Counted from the stretch's first letter, positions 47,770 through 58,364 are shown. The stretch is 64,000 bases of DNA from an uncultured Gammaproteobacteria bacterium (GCA_964403585.1 CAYOFQ010000001.1:140456-204455); one strand, 5' to 3'. Translations and numbers: made by a program. The notes: generated by a model from the letters alone, not told the origin.

Positions 47770-48570
47770 ATGGATAATTTAAAAGTTTTCTCGCTTATTT
47801 TTTCAGCAAGTATCTCAATCTTGGTTCCGATTGGTGCAGTTTTCTATGCGCGGAAAAAGCACCTGATAAGTTGGAAATCGGTATTGTGGGGAATTTTTAC
47901 CTGGATCGTTTTTTCCCAAATTCTCGAAAGAGGTGTTCATCTCATGGTTATGAAATATACGCCTATCTTCACCATTCCAATAGCTCTGGGAATTTATGGA
48001 GGGTTAATGGCTGGACTTTTCGAAGAAACCGGACGCTTCCTGGTAATGAAAAAGTGGCTGAAAAACAAACTTGAGTGGAAAGAAGGCTTGGCTTTTGGGC
48101 TTGGACACGGGGGAATTGAAGCAATACTAATTGGAGGATTCGGATCATTTCAAGTGTTCACTATGCTAAGTATTATGCAGTCCGGACAGCTCGAAAAATT
48201 AGAGCTGGGCAAAAACATCCCCCCTGAAATCATGCAGAGCCTTATCGAGTTAACCCAGCAGCCGTGGTACATCTTTTTGCTCATCGGTGTTGAGCGTATG
48301 TTCGCAATGGCTATTCATATAGCGTTATCTATTCTTGTTATTTACGGCATTCGGGAGCGAAAAATAAAGTATCTGTTCTATGCAATTGGAATTCATGCCC
48401 TGGTAGATTTTCCCGCCGCTTTTTATCAAGCCAAAATACTCAATCTCTGGCTTGTCGAAATATATTTAGTCATGGTGCTTATTGCTATGGTCCAATTTAT
48501 TATCAAGTCGAAGAGCTGGTTTTCAAACTCTGTTCAAACTCCTTTAACCGGGCAATCTGCGAAGGGGTAG
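47770..48570 (+). CDS. YhfC/CPBP-like intramembrane metalloprotease (putative)
   Basis: GLFEETGRFLVM (EExxR-like) and GLGHGGIEAIL, polytopic. Confidence 0.4.
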   Translation: MDNLKVFSLIFSASISILVPIGAVFYARKKHLISWKSVLWGIFTWIVFSQILERGVHLMVMKYTPIFTIPIALGIYGGLMAGLFEETGRFLVMKKWLKNKLEWKEGLAFGLGHGGIEAILIGGFGSFQVFTMLSIMQSGQLEKLELGKNIPPEIMQSLIELTQQPWYIFLLIGVERMFAMAIHIALSILVIYGIRERKIKYLFYAIGIHALVDFPAAFYQAKILNLWLVEIYLVMVLIAMVQFIIKSKSWFSNSVQTPLTGQSAKG

Positions 48571-49042
48571 GACTAATAAACGTCCTGACTTTCTGTACGA
48601 GAGCAAAGGCATCCTCATACGTCATGCCGGTGGACATTAAATACGCCATCACCATTGTGGCTCCGCGACCTTCACCATAGTGGCAGTGCACATACGTTTT
48701 TCCGCCTTTCTTAATCTCATCGGTCATAAAAACCACGCCTTTTTGGAGGTCCTCCAGTTTCGGTGCAGTTAAGTCACGGGTCGGCAGGTGGAGTACTTTA
48801 AATTTAGTTAATCGTTCGGCAGCAGGATTGGTCTCGCGCATGCTCACAATTGAGGTTATCCCTAATCGTTCCATATCGCTAATTCCTTTTATGCCATACT
48901 GACCACCAAGGTAAACATAGGGGGTGATCATGCTGCGTTTCGCTTGGGGAAGCCCGACAATCTTCCGGTAGGCATGGTCAATAGCCCGTTGAATCTGAAT
49001 AACAATTTTACGATAAACACTGGTAAACCACGTTATTTTCAT
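48503..49042 (-). CDS. Dual-specificity / protein-tyrosine phosphatase
   Basis: CX5R P-loop VHCHYGEGRGAT. Confidence 0.65.
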   Translation of the reverse strand: MKITWFTSVYRKIVIQIQRAIDHAYRKIVGLPQAKRSMITPYVYLGGQYGIKGISDMERLGITSIVSMRETNPAAERLTKFKVLHLPTRDLTAPKLEDLQKGVVFMTDEIKKGGKTYVHCHYGEGRGATMVMAYLMSTGMTYEDAFALVQKVRTFISPTPSQIARLKEFEQSLKTSSST

Positions 49043-49923
49043 AGCTTAGGTACTAATATTCTAATAGCTGCGGGAAGTATCTCTGCAGATAAATCTTTAG
49101 TTTGGATCTCTGAATCATCAATCATAACCGATTGTTGCTCCGGAATCGTAACAGATAGTTTTTTAGCCTTCCATTGCTCAATTTCATTTTCCGGTTTTTT
49201 CTGCAGCAAAGCACTCCCGGCCAAAGCCACAATTGACGCGACATCGGCACGCTTAATAACTATAACATCGAGTAGCCCATCCGACACGTCAATATCCGGC
49301 ACATACGAGAGTCCGGTAAACCCAATATTCCCGGAATTGGCGATCACCAAAGCCACTCCTTCAGCACTTACCGGCTCACCATCAATTGTTAGGTCATAAC
49401 GAACGGGTTCCGATTGTGCAATATGTTTCACAGCCGTAACTCCATATGCCAATTGACCTAACTTGTCCTTTAAGTCACGGTCAGTTTGAGTTACCATATC
49501 GGCCACAAAACCCGCATTAATACGCACCATAAACAGCGTATCATTTGCTCTGGCCATATCTATTGCCTTGGGTTCACAGGCACCCGTCTTGATCATTTCA
49601 AGCGCTGCAGTTGTTTCGACAGGGATCTTCAACTCTTTAGCCATCACATTAGCGGTTCCTCCGGGGATAATTGCCAGCGGAGTTGTATGCCTGAATAATG
49701 CTTCTGCTACTTCAACGACCGATCCATCACCACCATAGATTCCTACTGCATCAAAGTTTTTTTCTAAGGCCTTTTCGGCAAAAGCAAAGGCATCACCCGC
49801 TTCCTTGGTGACCGAAACATCCCATTCAATCCCGCTTCCTTCAAACGTCTTATTGATCATCGAAAGAATCGGTTCATCCTGCCCGGATGCGGGATTGATA
49901 ATAATATGGATATTTTTTAGCAT
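49039..49923 (-). CDS. DAGK_cat-family lipid kinase (YegS/BmrU-like)
   Basis: IIINPASGQ ... GIYGGDGSVVEV (GGDG motif). Confidence 0.65.
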   Translation of the reverse strand: MLKNIHIIINPASGQDEPILSMINKTFEGSGIEWDVSVTKEAGDAFAFAEKALEKNFDAVGIYGGDGSVVEVAEALFRHTTPLAIIPGGTANVMAKELKIPVETTAALEMIKTGACEPKAIDMARANDTLFMVRINAGFVADMVTQTDRDLKDKLGQLAYGVTAVKHIAQSEPVRYDLTIDGEPVSAEGVALVIANSGNIGFTGLSYVPDIDVSDGLLDVIVIKRADVASIVALAGSALLQKKPENEIEQWKAKKLSVTIPEQQSVMIDDSEIQTKDLSAEILPAAIRILVPKL

Positions 49924-49997
49924 ATAAATATATTATAACATTATATACAGTATACAATGCTAACTCCCAATTAGGGTAACCATGATAAAATTCAGTT

Positions 49998-50546
49998 ATG
50001 AAAGACACCTCCTGGAAACTAATTAGTACGCAAACTCTGTATGAGTCTAAAGGCTTAACAGTCGAACAAAGACAGTACGAATCGGATAACGGTCAAACCA
50101 AAAAGATTCAACTGAAAAAAGAAGGTCCGTTTGTTAATATCTTTGCGCTGACCGAAGAGAACAAAGTCCTTATGATCCGCCAATTCCGCCCCGGACTGGA
50201 CAGGTACATGTATGAGACTCCTGCCGGTTCAATCGATCCTGAGGAAGATCCGGCAGTAGCTGCAGCTCGCGAGTTAAAAGAAGAGACCGGCTATCAAGGG
50301 GAGTTAACTAAAGTTGCCTCACTTTTTGATGCACCGTACTCTACTGCTGAGCGGCATATTTACATTGCCAGAAACTGCCATAAAGTTACTGATCAGTCAC
50401 TCGATGAAGATGAATACATCGAAAATGTCCTGCTCTTAAGCCTGGAAGAATTAAGGGAACGGGTAATTGCCGGCGAAGTCTCAGTACCGGAAACAATTTA
50501 TTTGCCGCTTGAGAAACTTCAGCTTATTGCCTGGAGTAAGGAGTGA
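49998..50546 (+). CDS. Nudix hydrolase (NudF / ADP-ribose pyrophosphatase-like)
   Basis: YETPAGSIDPEEDPAVAAARELKEETGY. Confidence 0.65.
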   Translation: MKDTSWKLISTQTLYESKGLTVEQRQYESDNGQTKKIQLKKEGPFVNIFALTEENKVLMIRQFRPGLDRYMYETPAGSIDPEEDPAVAAARELKEETGYQGELTKVASLFDAPYSTAERHIYIARNCHKVTDQSLDEDEYIENVLLLSLEELRERVIAGEVSVPETIYLPLEKLQLIAWSKE

Positions 50547-51115
50547 AAAAATGCATAAATTCATTTATTGGCATCCCATTGCCGGAAAAGTTTTCCGGTG
50601 AATTTGCGGAATACTCGAAAAAAGTTAAAAGTGTGGAGCCGGGGATAGTCACCGTCTACCCGCATCCGGCCCATATAACATTATTTTATCTGGCAACACA
50701 GACAGAACAAACAATCCATTCTGTTGTGGAACGAATTGCACCACATCTGGGCTTGCTACGTCAAACATCCCTCACGGTCTCCGGTTTGGGATATTTCACT
50801 GATCACCAGCCTCGGGTATTATTCTTGAAAGTTGAACATCCCGAGAACCTGGCACATTACAATTCTCTATTACAGGAACAGTTAAAAAATATCCGAACGG
50901 ATTCCCGCTCCAATAGATTCCATCCGCACCTAACCTTCGGTCGAATTAAGACCGATGACATTCGCGAAAAGTTTATCCAAAAAAAAGGACAATTCGAAAT
51001 TCTCTGTCACCACATTCAGTGGCAATTTGAAATTACCGAGATTGTCCTTTATGGTGTCGATCTTGATCAGCCAAATCCACATCAGGAAAAACTTATCACA
51101 CTAACAATAACTTAA
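50543..51115 (+). CDS. 2H phosphoesterase (LigT-like 2'-5' RNA ligase family)
   Basis: Two HxT/Sx motifs (HITL, HLTF) at the expected spacing. Confidence 0.55.
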   Translation: MKKCINSFIGIPLPEKFSGEFAEYSKKVKSVEPGIVTVYPHPAHITLFYLATQTEQTIHSVVERIAPHLGLLRQTSLTVSGLGYFTDHQPRVLFLKVEHPENLAHYNSLLQEQLKNIRTDSRSNRFHPHLTFGRIKTDDIREKFIQKKGQFEILCHHIQWQFEITEIVLYGVDLDQPNPHQEKLITLTIT

Positions 51116-52098
51116 TCATTTAGTCGATCTTTAATTTCTTCCGCCGTACCCGTCACAAAATCTTTCAGTATCTGCGCTTCATGCTTAATACGTTCAGCCG
51201 CATCACTTGCCTGTTGAGTCATCTCATCCAAATCAGCTCTCACCGACGCATCCGTCGCTGCAGGAGTAGTCTGGTGCATGCTCGGACCGGATGACGTGAT
51301 TGGTGGACTTACTACCGGAACTGTTTTTGGAGTAAATCCGGTTGGAACCGCAGGAGGCACAGGTGGATACTCCCGCGCATTCATAGAGGCACCCATCGGA
51401 GCGGGTTGGTATTGCGGTGTACGGTATTTTGTCATATCTTCCATGCCAATAGTCGGACCGGTAGGTTGTTGAATAGGCTGTTCCTCACCTTCAGTTCGTT
51501 TTTCATCCACCTTTTCTTTTACCTGATCATACGTTTCCTGTGTTTTCGCTTTAGCCTTATTGAATAAAGCGGTCGCTCCACCATCGTCAGGCTGTGCCTC
51601 CACTTCTTCTTTCACTGAAGGTGAAACTAAAATCGTATCATCACCCACGCGGGAAATTCCGGCAGCATCAATTTCTTTACGACCACCTTTCAGGTCATTA
51701 AGCACTCCTTCAGAAACTTCATATTTCTGAATCTGTCCGGATTCCGAATCAAAGAAGAAATCTGTTACCGAACCGAGTTGAGAACCCTCCTCAGTAACTA
51801 TTTTTTTACCGAGTAGAATATCTTTAGCTTTAAAATTTTTAATCGAGTCTGCCGAAACTTCACGAATTATATTGTCCGAATCGATCATAATCGCGTCACT
51901 GCCGATTGAATCGACATCCCGTAACTTAAGCACTTGTGAACTCGCTTTAAACATTCCTCCCGAAGATATCAGCAGGGCGTCGACAACTCCGGTATCCCGG
52001 TTGTACAATACATCGTCTATAGAGTTAATCTCTTTTCCTACCTGTTTGGCTATAACTTTCATGCCTTTTAAGGTACTTCCTTTAACTAACATAGGCAA
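51112..52098 (-). CDS. Tandem PRC-barrel domain protein with a Pro-rich C-terminal region
   Basis: Two PRC-barrel-like segments (GMKVIAKQVGKEINSIDDVLYN... and LLGKKIVTEEGSQLGSVTDFFFD...). Confidence 0.5.
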   Translation of the reverse strand: MPMLVKGSTLKGMKVIAKQVGKEINSIDDVLYNRDTGVVDALLISSGGMFKASSQVLKLRDVDSIGSDAIMIDSDNIIREVSADSIKNFKAKDILLGKKIVTEEGSQLGSVTDFFFDSESGQIQKYEVSEGVLNDLKGGRKEIDAAGISRVGDDTILVSPSVKEEVEAQPDDGGATALFNKAKAKTQETYDQVKEKVDEKRTEGEEQPIQQPTGPTIGMEDMTKYRTPQYQPAPMGASMNAREYPPVPPAVPTGFTPKTVPVVSPPITSSGPSMHQTTPAATDASVRADLDEMTQQASDAAERIKHEAQILKDFVTGTAEEIKDRLND

Positions 52099-52188
52099 CT
52101 CCTTGGTAAAAAAGATAAACTTTACAATAATAATATAATATATTAGTATAATAACAATTAATAAAGCACAAGTAAATGAAGGGGAGCC

Positions 52189-54087
52189 ATGAAGATCAAA
52201 GTCTATCGCATCATAACAGCAGTAGTATTTCTCCTGTCTATAACCCTAGCACAGGTCGTTACCCCGGCCGGAGCGGCTATAAGTGATTGGCAAAGGGGCG
52301 CGAGTATTGAGTCTTTTGGTGCAGGAGATTTCGGCACCGATAATTTCAAACAATCGGTTACCAATCTGGCAGCCACCGGTGCTAATTACGTCACGCTTAT
52401 CATTCCCTACGTACAATCGTCAACCACATCCACAGATATTCGCAATGCCACCGGCACTCCTTCCGACGATACCTTAAAGAATGCTATTAACTTCGCTCAT
52501 TCTAAAGGGCTAAAAGTAATGCTCAAGCCGCATCTTGAACCGCAAACTGGAGAATGGCGGGCTTATATTAACCCTTCCGATCGAACGAGCTGGTTTACCA
52601 ACTATGGCACCATGCTCAATCATTTGGCGGATATCGCTCAGTCCACAGGTGTCGAAGAGATGTGCCTCGGTGCCGAACTGTACAGCATGTCCGCGTATAC
52701 CCAGAACAGTAGTAATTCCCAAAATTGGCGCAACCTCATTGCCGCAGTCCGAACCAGATATTCCGGACTTCTTACATACAGTGCCAACTTCCAGGGACCT
52801 GCCGAAAAAGATGTCATCGATTTTTGGAATGACCTGGACTTTATTGGAGTGTCAGCTTATTATCCGCTCGATGCCAATAATGCTAATCCTACTGTTGAGT
52901 CGCTTAAAAATAATTGGAGCTCGGTTAACACGAATGAAATACTGCCTTTATATAATCGCTGGAATAAACCAATCCTCTTTACCGAAGTCGGCTATCGCAG
53001 TGTGCACGGCGCCCATATCGAGCCATTCGCCTATTGGCGCAACGATTACGCCGACCAGGACGAACAGGCCCGGGATTATGAAGCCCTGTTCTCATATTGG
53101 AATACCCAGTCTCATCTGAAAGGCATTCATCTGTGGAATTGGGAAAGCAATCCGAACGCCGGTGGGGCGGGGAGCACCAGCTATACGCCTCAAAATAAAA
53201 AAGCCGAAACCATTATGAAGCAGTATTGGGGTGGTGTAGCACCGCAACCTTCGGCATCGGTATCGCCGTCGCCGTCAGTAACTTCAACGCCTGTACCGAC
53301 AACTAATCCCAATACACCTTACTCGATTACAGCGTCGGTAACTCCTTCGACACCAACTAAAAACAATCCTGCTCAGGTAACTGTCAACGTCGTCGGCACC
53401 GGAAGCGATGTCATTATCGATACGGAAATATATAACGCCCAGGGACAAATGGTCTACCAAAAATTCTTCGAGCACCAGAATCTTTCTTCTACCCCTACGA
53501 GTCACCAGTTCAGCTGGACACCCGCTTCGGTCGGAAGTTTTGTCATCAAGGTCGGAGTATTTAATGCCAATTGGAACGGCTTAAGATACTGGCAGGACAA
53601 TGCTCTAACTTTTACAGTTAAGGAGACCGCTTCACCGACACTCGCACCGACTGCCACCCCAACAACCACGCCAAGCCCGAGTCCCACAGTAACTCCCAAA
53701 CCAAGCACCACCCCGGTAGTTACCGCAACACCAACTCCAACGATAACTCCGACACCGAAGCCAAGTACAACGCCTTCAACCCAACCGACTGGCACGATTA
53801 ACGTCTGGTGGCCAACCGACAGTGCGACCATATCCGGAGTACAACCGTTTAAGGCACAACTAAGCAACTACCAGTTAAGCACCTACACCATGTATTGGCA
53901 GGTTGACGGTGGTCAGCTTAATATCATGGCCGACAGTTATCAGGATGCACCACACAAAGAAAGTTTGGTTGATGTTTCCGGCTGGAACTGGAGAGGTACT
54001 GGTCCGTACACCGTCAATTTTATGGCTAAAAATCCACAGGGAAATGTTCTGGCAACAAAGTCCGTAAATGTCTCAATTGTGCGATAG
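52189..54087 (+). CDS. Secreted TIM-barrel glycoside hydrolase (clan GH-A-like) with Pro/Thr-rich linkers and a C-terminal beta-rich domain
   Basis: Signal peptide. LFTEVGY (nucleophile-Glu context), GAELYS, and aromatic-rich catalytic region. Linker TPTTTPSPSPTVTPKPSTTP... Confidence 0.45.
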   Translation: MKIKVYRIITAVVFLLSITLAQVVTPAGAAISDWQRGASIESFGAGDFGTDNFKQSVTNLAATGANYVTLIIPYVQSSTTSTDIRNATGTPSDDTLKNAINFAHSKGLKVMLKPHLEPQTGEWRAYINPSDRTSWFTNYGTMLNHLADIAQSTGVEEMCLGAELYSMSAYTQNSSNSQNWRNLIAAVRTRYSGLLTYSANFQGPAEKDVIDFWNDLDFIGVSAYYPLDANNANPTVESLKNNWSSVNTNEILPLYNRWNKPILFTEVGYRSVHGAHIEPFAYWRNDYADQDEQARDYEALFSYWNTQSHLKGIHLWNWESNPNAGGAGSTSYTPQNKKAETIMKQYWGGVAPQPSASVSPSPSVTSTPVPTTNPNTPYSITASVTPSTPTKNNPAQVTVNVVGTGSDVIIDTEIYNAQGQMVYQKFFEHQNLSSTPTSHQFSWTPASVGSFVIKVGVFNANWNGLRYWQDNALTFTVKETASPTLAPTATPTTTPSPSPTVTPKPSTTPVVTATPTPTITPTPKPSTTPSTQPTGTINVWWPTDSATISGVQPFKAQLSNYQLSTYTMYWQVDGGQLNIMADSYQDAPHKESLVDVSGWNWRGTGPYTVNFMAKNPQGNVLATKSVNVSIVR

Positions 54088-54253
54088 TCTAGAATATAAG
54101 GTTCAGAAGAATTGTGAGAACAATCGAGATAATTATTGACGGCCATAACAGAAATTTAAATTGTACAAATCCATATTCATTCATAATGATAGTATAAGTA
54201 AAAATGGTCTGTACAATACGGCAAATGGATAAGAATACCGTAAGAACTAACAC

Positions 54254-56101
54254 TTAACTGGCACCGCCTCCACCGCCGCCTCCACCACCACCGCCGCCGC
54301 CGGAGAAGCCGCCACCAGAACCGGAACTGAACGAAGAGTTCATCGCCGTAGTGAGGGAAGTAAAGCTGTTTGAAATACTGGAAGCAAAGCCGGCATTGAA
54401 ATCACCAACCGAACCCGCAGAATGGTTTCCGGTTGAATAAAACCATGCCGGATGCACCGCCTGCGGATCTGCTCCCAGAATCAGCGGAAGGTATTCTGCC
54501 ACTTTCTTGGCCAACCCAAACGCGGTTCCATAGACTAGAAAGTCCTCCCAAATAATAACAGCCTGGGGAGCAGTTTCTTTGAAATGGGAAAAGTCATTGA
54601 GATAGTTTCTGAAACCGGTCCATTCGGCAGCGTCATGAACGGCTGTCTTATCCCAACGCAAAAAAAGTTTGCCGATAAAGCTAACCGGGATAGAAATAAA
54701 AATCGCGCCGAATACGAGTATATGTATAAATGCTTCCGTGGCAAAAATAAATTGCCAGAAGAAGACCAGCAAGAGAAGCATAATTACGATAGTGGTCGAC
54801 ACAGTGAAAACAGTTCGCATACGTTTGCTGCCTGGTTCAATAAAAGCATTATGGTCGGCGGCTTCTTTAACTGATTTTTTCCAGCTCTCAAAAAATGACT
54901 TAGTTCCGCGCGGATCGTTTTTCATTCGCTCGGTAAGATCATCCATACTAACAGCATCGGCACCGGCAAATACAAAATCCAGCAGGGACTGTTCATAGGT
55001 GTACAGTGTGACTTTAGGCCGGTCATTTAACGGGATCAAATGCAGAGTATAGCGGAAGGCCAGTTGGTCATTAAGATGGAGAAATGACTCTTTGGTGTAC
55101 GGCTCTTCTTGGATCTTAATAAAACCGCGCCGTGCTAAGTCCATAATTGTCGCCGAAAAAACGTTTGTATCGGGATCGGAACCCTGACTCACTAATTGTT
55201 GTACCAGTGCCGGGGTAAGTTTAGCCGGAGGGAACTTAACGTACTCCGGAACATCTTGCACCGCGTATTCTTTACCATGTTTCTTCCATGCAAAAAACCA
55301 CCCGACTCCCCATAACACAAGAAAAATAATCATTCCGGCTATTCCAATGACAAGTAGTCGTGCCTGAAGCACGGTTTTTTCCTGAAAAGCTTTCTCTTCG
55401 GCTTGTACAGTTTCAGTCCGGTTACCGCCTAGGGATACTCCGTTCAAGAGTGAGGAGGGGAATAACTGCCTGATCTCTATAAATGTCTCTGCCGGGACAT
55501 TGGTGACCCTGAAGGATGTGGTTTTTCCGTCAAGTATGGTGGCTTGTCCATTGAGCGGGCCGTGTCCCCACACTTTTATTTGATTCTGATCAACTATCTC
55601 AGGCAAGTGTACAGTAACATTCACCTGATCAGTACGTACGCCCCAGCCGTCCCCGATCATTTGCCAGTAAAACTCACCCACATCGTCATATTTATTGACC
55701 GCTCCTGAAACCGTGTACTTCAAGACAAAGGATTTATTCTCATTGTAGGCATCATAATGACCCTCTATATGCACCGTCGATCCGTTGTCGGTCACAGAAT
55801 AAGTATTAGATGTTGCACTTGAGTCCAGCGTATAGGGGATAAACGAAGAGGAACTTTTTTCACCGAGCGTAATACCAGATAATCGGTACGCTCCTTTCAG
55901 CGGAATATCCCAATATATGTTGTGAAATGTACCGTCAAAATAACCGGTTCGGGTTTCTTCAATCAGTACTGATCGGTCTCGATTAATCTGGGCCTCAATT
56001 GAAACCGACGGAAAGTAATAGCTTTTTGCCATGGCCGGCCGCGGCCACATAACTACTATCCCTAAAAGTACAGCAATAACAGTAAGTTTTTTCATACCCA
56101 T
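54254..56101 (-). CDS. DUF2207-family membrane protein with a poly-Gly C-terminus
   Basis: Signal peptide, ectodomain SYYFPSVSIEAQINRDRSVLIEETRTGYFDGTF, central TM segments, C-terminal SGSGGGFSGGGGGGGGGGGGG. Confidence 0.6.
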   Translation of the reverse strand: MGMKKLTVIAVLLGIVVMWPRPAMAKSYYFPSVSIEAQINRDRSVLIEETRTGYFDGTFHNIYWDIPLKGAYRLSGITLGEKSSSSFIPYTLDSSATSNTYSVTDNGSTVHIEGHYDAYNENKSFVLKYTVSGAVNKYDDVGEFYWQMIGDGWGVRTDQVNVTVHLPEIVDQNQIKVWGHGPLNGQATILDGKTTSFRVTNVPAETFIEIRQLFPSSLLNGVSLGGNRTETVQAEEKAFQEKTVLQARLLVIGIAGMIIFLVLWGVGWFFAWKKHGKEYAVQDVPEYVKFPPAKLTPALVQQLVSQGSDPDTNVFSATIMDLARRGFIKIQEEPYTKESFLHLNDQLAFRYTLHLIPLNDRPKVTLYTYEQSLLDFVFAGADAVSMDDLTERMKNDPRGTKSFFESWKKSVKEAADHNAFIEPGSKRMRTVFTVSTTIVIMLLLLVFFWQFIFATEAFIHILVFGAIFISIPVSFIGKLFLRWDKTAVHDAAEWTGFRNYLNDFSHFKETAPQAVIIWEDFLVYGTAFGLAKKVAEYLPLILGADPQAVHPAWFYSTGNHSAGSVGDFNAGFASSISNSFTSLTTAMNSSFSSGSGGGFSGGGGGGGGGGGGGAS

Positions 56102-56184
56102 AGGATAATCTGTGAGCTGGTTACTTGCAATGAGCAGGAAAAAGTATGACAATAAAGCGGTACAATTTCTCACGAAAGGAATAT

Positions 56185-56511
56185 ATGAGATACCTGGGGA
56201 TAAGTTTACTCCTTATTAGTACGTTTATCTTTTCCGCCTGTACTACTGTACCGCAGGTACCTGCTACCAGTGCAACCCCGGTGGCTACGAGTACTTCGCC
56301 AAGCACTCAGATAGATTCCGATGACGATAAGCCAATGTGTGCTTCCTGTACCGCCGATGACTCCGGCAATTGTGATTATAATGAAATATGTGCTTTTGGT
56401 GCCGGACGTCCGGACGGAGTGTGCGTACCGGAACCGTCTCCCAACCAAAAATATACAACTGACGATATAAATTCACTCTGCGGAACTAACTATCGGGAGC
56501 AGGGGCAATAA
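56185..56511 (+). CDS. Cys-rich secreted lipoprotein
   Basis: Lipobox IFSAC with SD aaagga. The mature part has 6 Cys (CASCTADDSGNCDYNEICAFG...GVCVP...LCG). Confidence 0.5.
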   Translation: MRYLGISLLLISTFIFSACTTVPQVPATSATPVATSTSPSTQIDSDDDKPMCASCTADDSGNCDYNEICAFGAGRPDGVCVPEPSPNQKYTTDDINSLCGTNYREQGQ

Positions 56512-56524
56512 AGGAAAAGACACT

Positions 56525-57217
56525 ATGGCACATACAGAACAGCATAAAAATTCCACTGCCCTTAGAGACATCATCTTAGGTGGCCAGGACGGGTTAGTAA
56601 ATGTGTTGGGTGTTATCTTGGGCGTAGCAGCCGCGACCGACGACAAACGTGTCTTGATTGCGGCCGGTCTCGCCGCCGCCTTTGCCGAATCGATCTCCAT
56701 GGCTGCAGTCGCTTATACCTCATTTATTTCCGAACGGGATCATTATCTTAAAGAGCGCCGGCGTGAAGAGGACGAGGTGCGAACCGTACCGGAAATAGAA
56801 AAGCAGGAGATCAGGGACATCTACGCGGCTAAAGGATTTGAAGGAGAATTACTGGACAAGATTGTTGAAAAAATAACTTCCAATAACAAAGTTTGGGTAG
56901 ATACCATGATGGAAGAGGAACTGCACCTGGAACCCGTAGAAACGAAAGACGTTCTTCGCACATCCCTGGTCGTTGGTATCGCCGCAATTATCGGATCACT
57001 TATTCCTTTATTCCCGTATTTCTTTTTGTCAGGAGGTCCGGCCTTTTATCTCTCACTCTTTATTAGTGGACTATCGTTATTTGCTGTCGGCGCCTATCAG
57101 GCCAAAACGCTTGTCGGGGACTGGCGCAAACAGGGAGTTCAAATGGTCATAATCGGTTTGGGTGCCGCTCTCATCGCTTTTCAAATCGCCGGTCTCTTTG
57201 GAGCCTCACCGCAATAA
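56525..57217 (+). CDS. VIT1/CCC1-family Fe/Mn transporter
   Basis: ILGGQDGLVNVLGVILGVAAA at the N-terminus and 5 TM helices. Confidence 0.7.
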   Translation: MAHTEQHKNSTALRDIILGGQDGLVNVLGVILGVAAATDDKRVLIAAGLAAAFAESISMAAVAYTSFISERDHYLKERRREEDEVRTVPEIEKQEIRDIYAAKGFEGELLDKIVEKITSNNKVWVDTMMEEELHLEPVETKDVLRTSLVVGIAAIIGSLIPLFPYFFLSGGPAFYLSLFISGLSLFAVGAYQAKTLVGDWRKQGVQMVIIGLGAALIAFQIAGLFGASPQ

Positions 57218-57263
57218 TCATTACTCTTGATCGGGACGAGATAATCCTTTATATTCTTCAGTA

Positions 57264-58313
57264 ATGAGTAAAATGAAAAGTAAGAACATCGTGATCCGTA
57301 ATTCGGACGGTTTCTCCTATCATGAAGGCGTACAAGCCTACATTAATCTTAAGCGCGAAGTCACTGAAGCGGGGATATTTAAGCGGTCATATCTCTACTA
57401 CACCTTCCTTCTGAGCTTTGTATTCGCTGGGTTTACTGCCACACTCATATTCATGATAATGGCCCGTTCCAATCTGTGGATTACGGTCTGGGGATTGGCT
57501 TTTGCGTTTTTCGCCGTGCATATTGGCGGCATTATGCATGATGCCGGTCACCGGGCCATGTTTAAAACATCCAAGTGGAATGATGTTGTGGGCATGATTA
57601 GCGGAGCACTCCTTGCTCAAAGTTACAGTTTCTGGCGTTACAAGCACGATCAGCACCACGCACACACCAATCAGGAGGACGAAGATCCGGATATCGATAT
57701 ACCGTTGCTCTCTTTTACCAAAGAACGCTATGAGGCACGTACCGGATTATTTAAATTACTCCGCCCCTACCAGGCCTGGTTGTATTATCCGCTCAGTTTT
57801 CTGGTTGTCTTTTCACCACGGGTAGGGAGCAGCAAATACTTTATTCAAAATTTTAAGGCGAAACGCTGGTGGGAAGTTGTAGTTTTTGTTTTAGGATTAT
57901 TTGTCTGGTTTATACTACCGTTTATAATATTCCCTTTTTCTAAGGCAATATTGTTATTTATAGTCGTAAATGCCGCCATGGGAGTATATTTCATTAACGT
58001 TTTTGCACCCAATCACAAAGGCATGCCCGAAATCGCCAAGGGAGTAAAGTTATCGTTCTTCCATCAGCAGGTTCTAACTTCGCGCAATATACACGACGAC
58101 CCTGTTTCGGATTTTCTGTACATGGGGTTGAATTATCAAATCGAGCACCATCTTTTTCCCGGCTGTCCCCGCAACAAATTACATAAATTAGCACAGATTG
58201 TCCGTAGGTTCTGCCATGAGCATAAAATTGAGTATACACAGGTAAGCTTCATTGAAACTAACCGTATCATTATTTCCGAATTACACAAAATTGCCAAAGA
58301 GAGTCGGAAGTAA
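57264..58313 (+). CDS. Membrane fatty-acid (acyl-lipid/sphingolipid-type) desaturase
   Basis: Three His boxes HDAGHRA, HDQHHAH, QIEHHLFP. Confidence 0.8.
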   Translation: MSKMKSKNIVIRNSDGFSYHEGVQAYINLKREVTEAGIFKRSYLYYTFLLSFVFAGFTATLIFMIMARSNLWITVWGLAFAFFAVHIGGIMHDAGHRAMFKTSKWNDVVGMISGALLAQSYSFWRYKHDQHHAHTNQEDEDPDIDIPLLSFTKERYEARTGLFKLLRPYQAWLYYPLSFLVVFSPRVGSSKYFIQNFKAKRWWEVVVFVLGLFVWFILPFIIFPFSKAILLFIVVNAAMGVYFINVFAPNHKGMPEIAKGVKLSFFHQQVLTSRNIHDDPVSDFLYMGLNYQIEHHLFPGCPRNKLHKLAQIVRRFCHEHKIEYTQVSFIETNRIIISELHKIAKESRK

Positions 58314-58364
58314 TCGTGGATATTGCAACCGGTAAATTATCGTGTCATAGTTAAATAAAGTACT

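Noticed and set aside
53620-53800. Pro/Thr-codon repeats as a tandem DNA repeat element
   Set aside because: They are coding PT-rich linkers of the secreted glycoside hydrolase.
52283-53867. ORFs 52283-52477, 52535-53119, 53284-53505(-), 53502-53867(-) within the glycoside hydrolase gene
   Set aside because: They are out-of-frame or antisense translations of Pro/Thr/Gly-rich coding DNA with no independent support.
54254-54320. GC-rich simple repeat (ccgccgcc...) as a CRISPR or other non-coding repeat
   Set aside because: It lies in frame inside the DUF2207 ORF and encodes the poly-Gly tail. There are no spacer/repeat periodicity or cas genes anywhere in the window.
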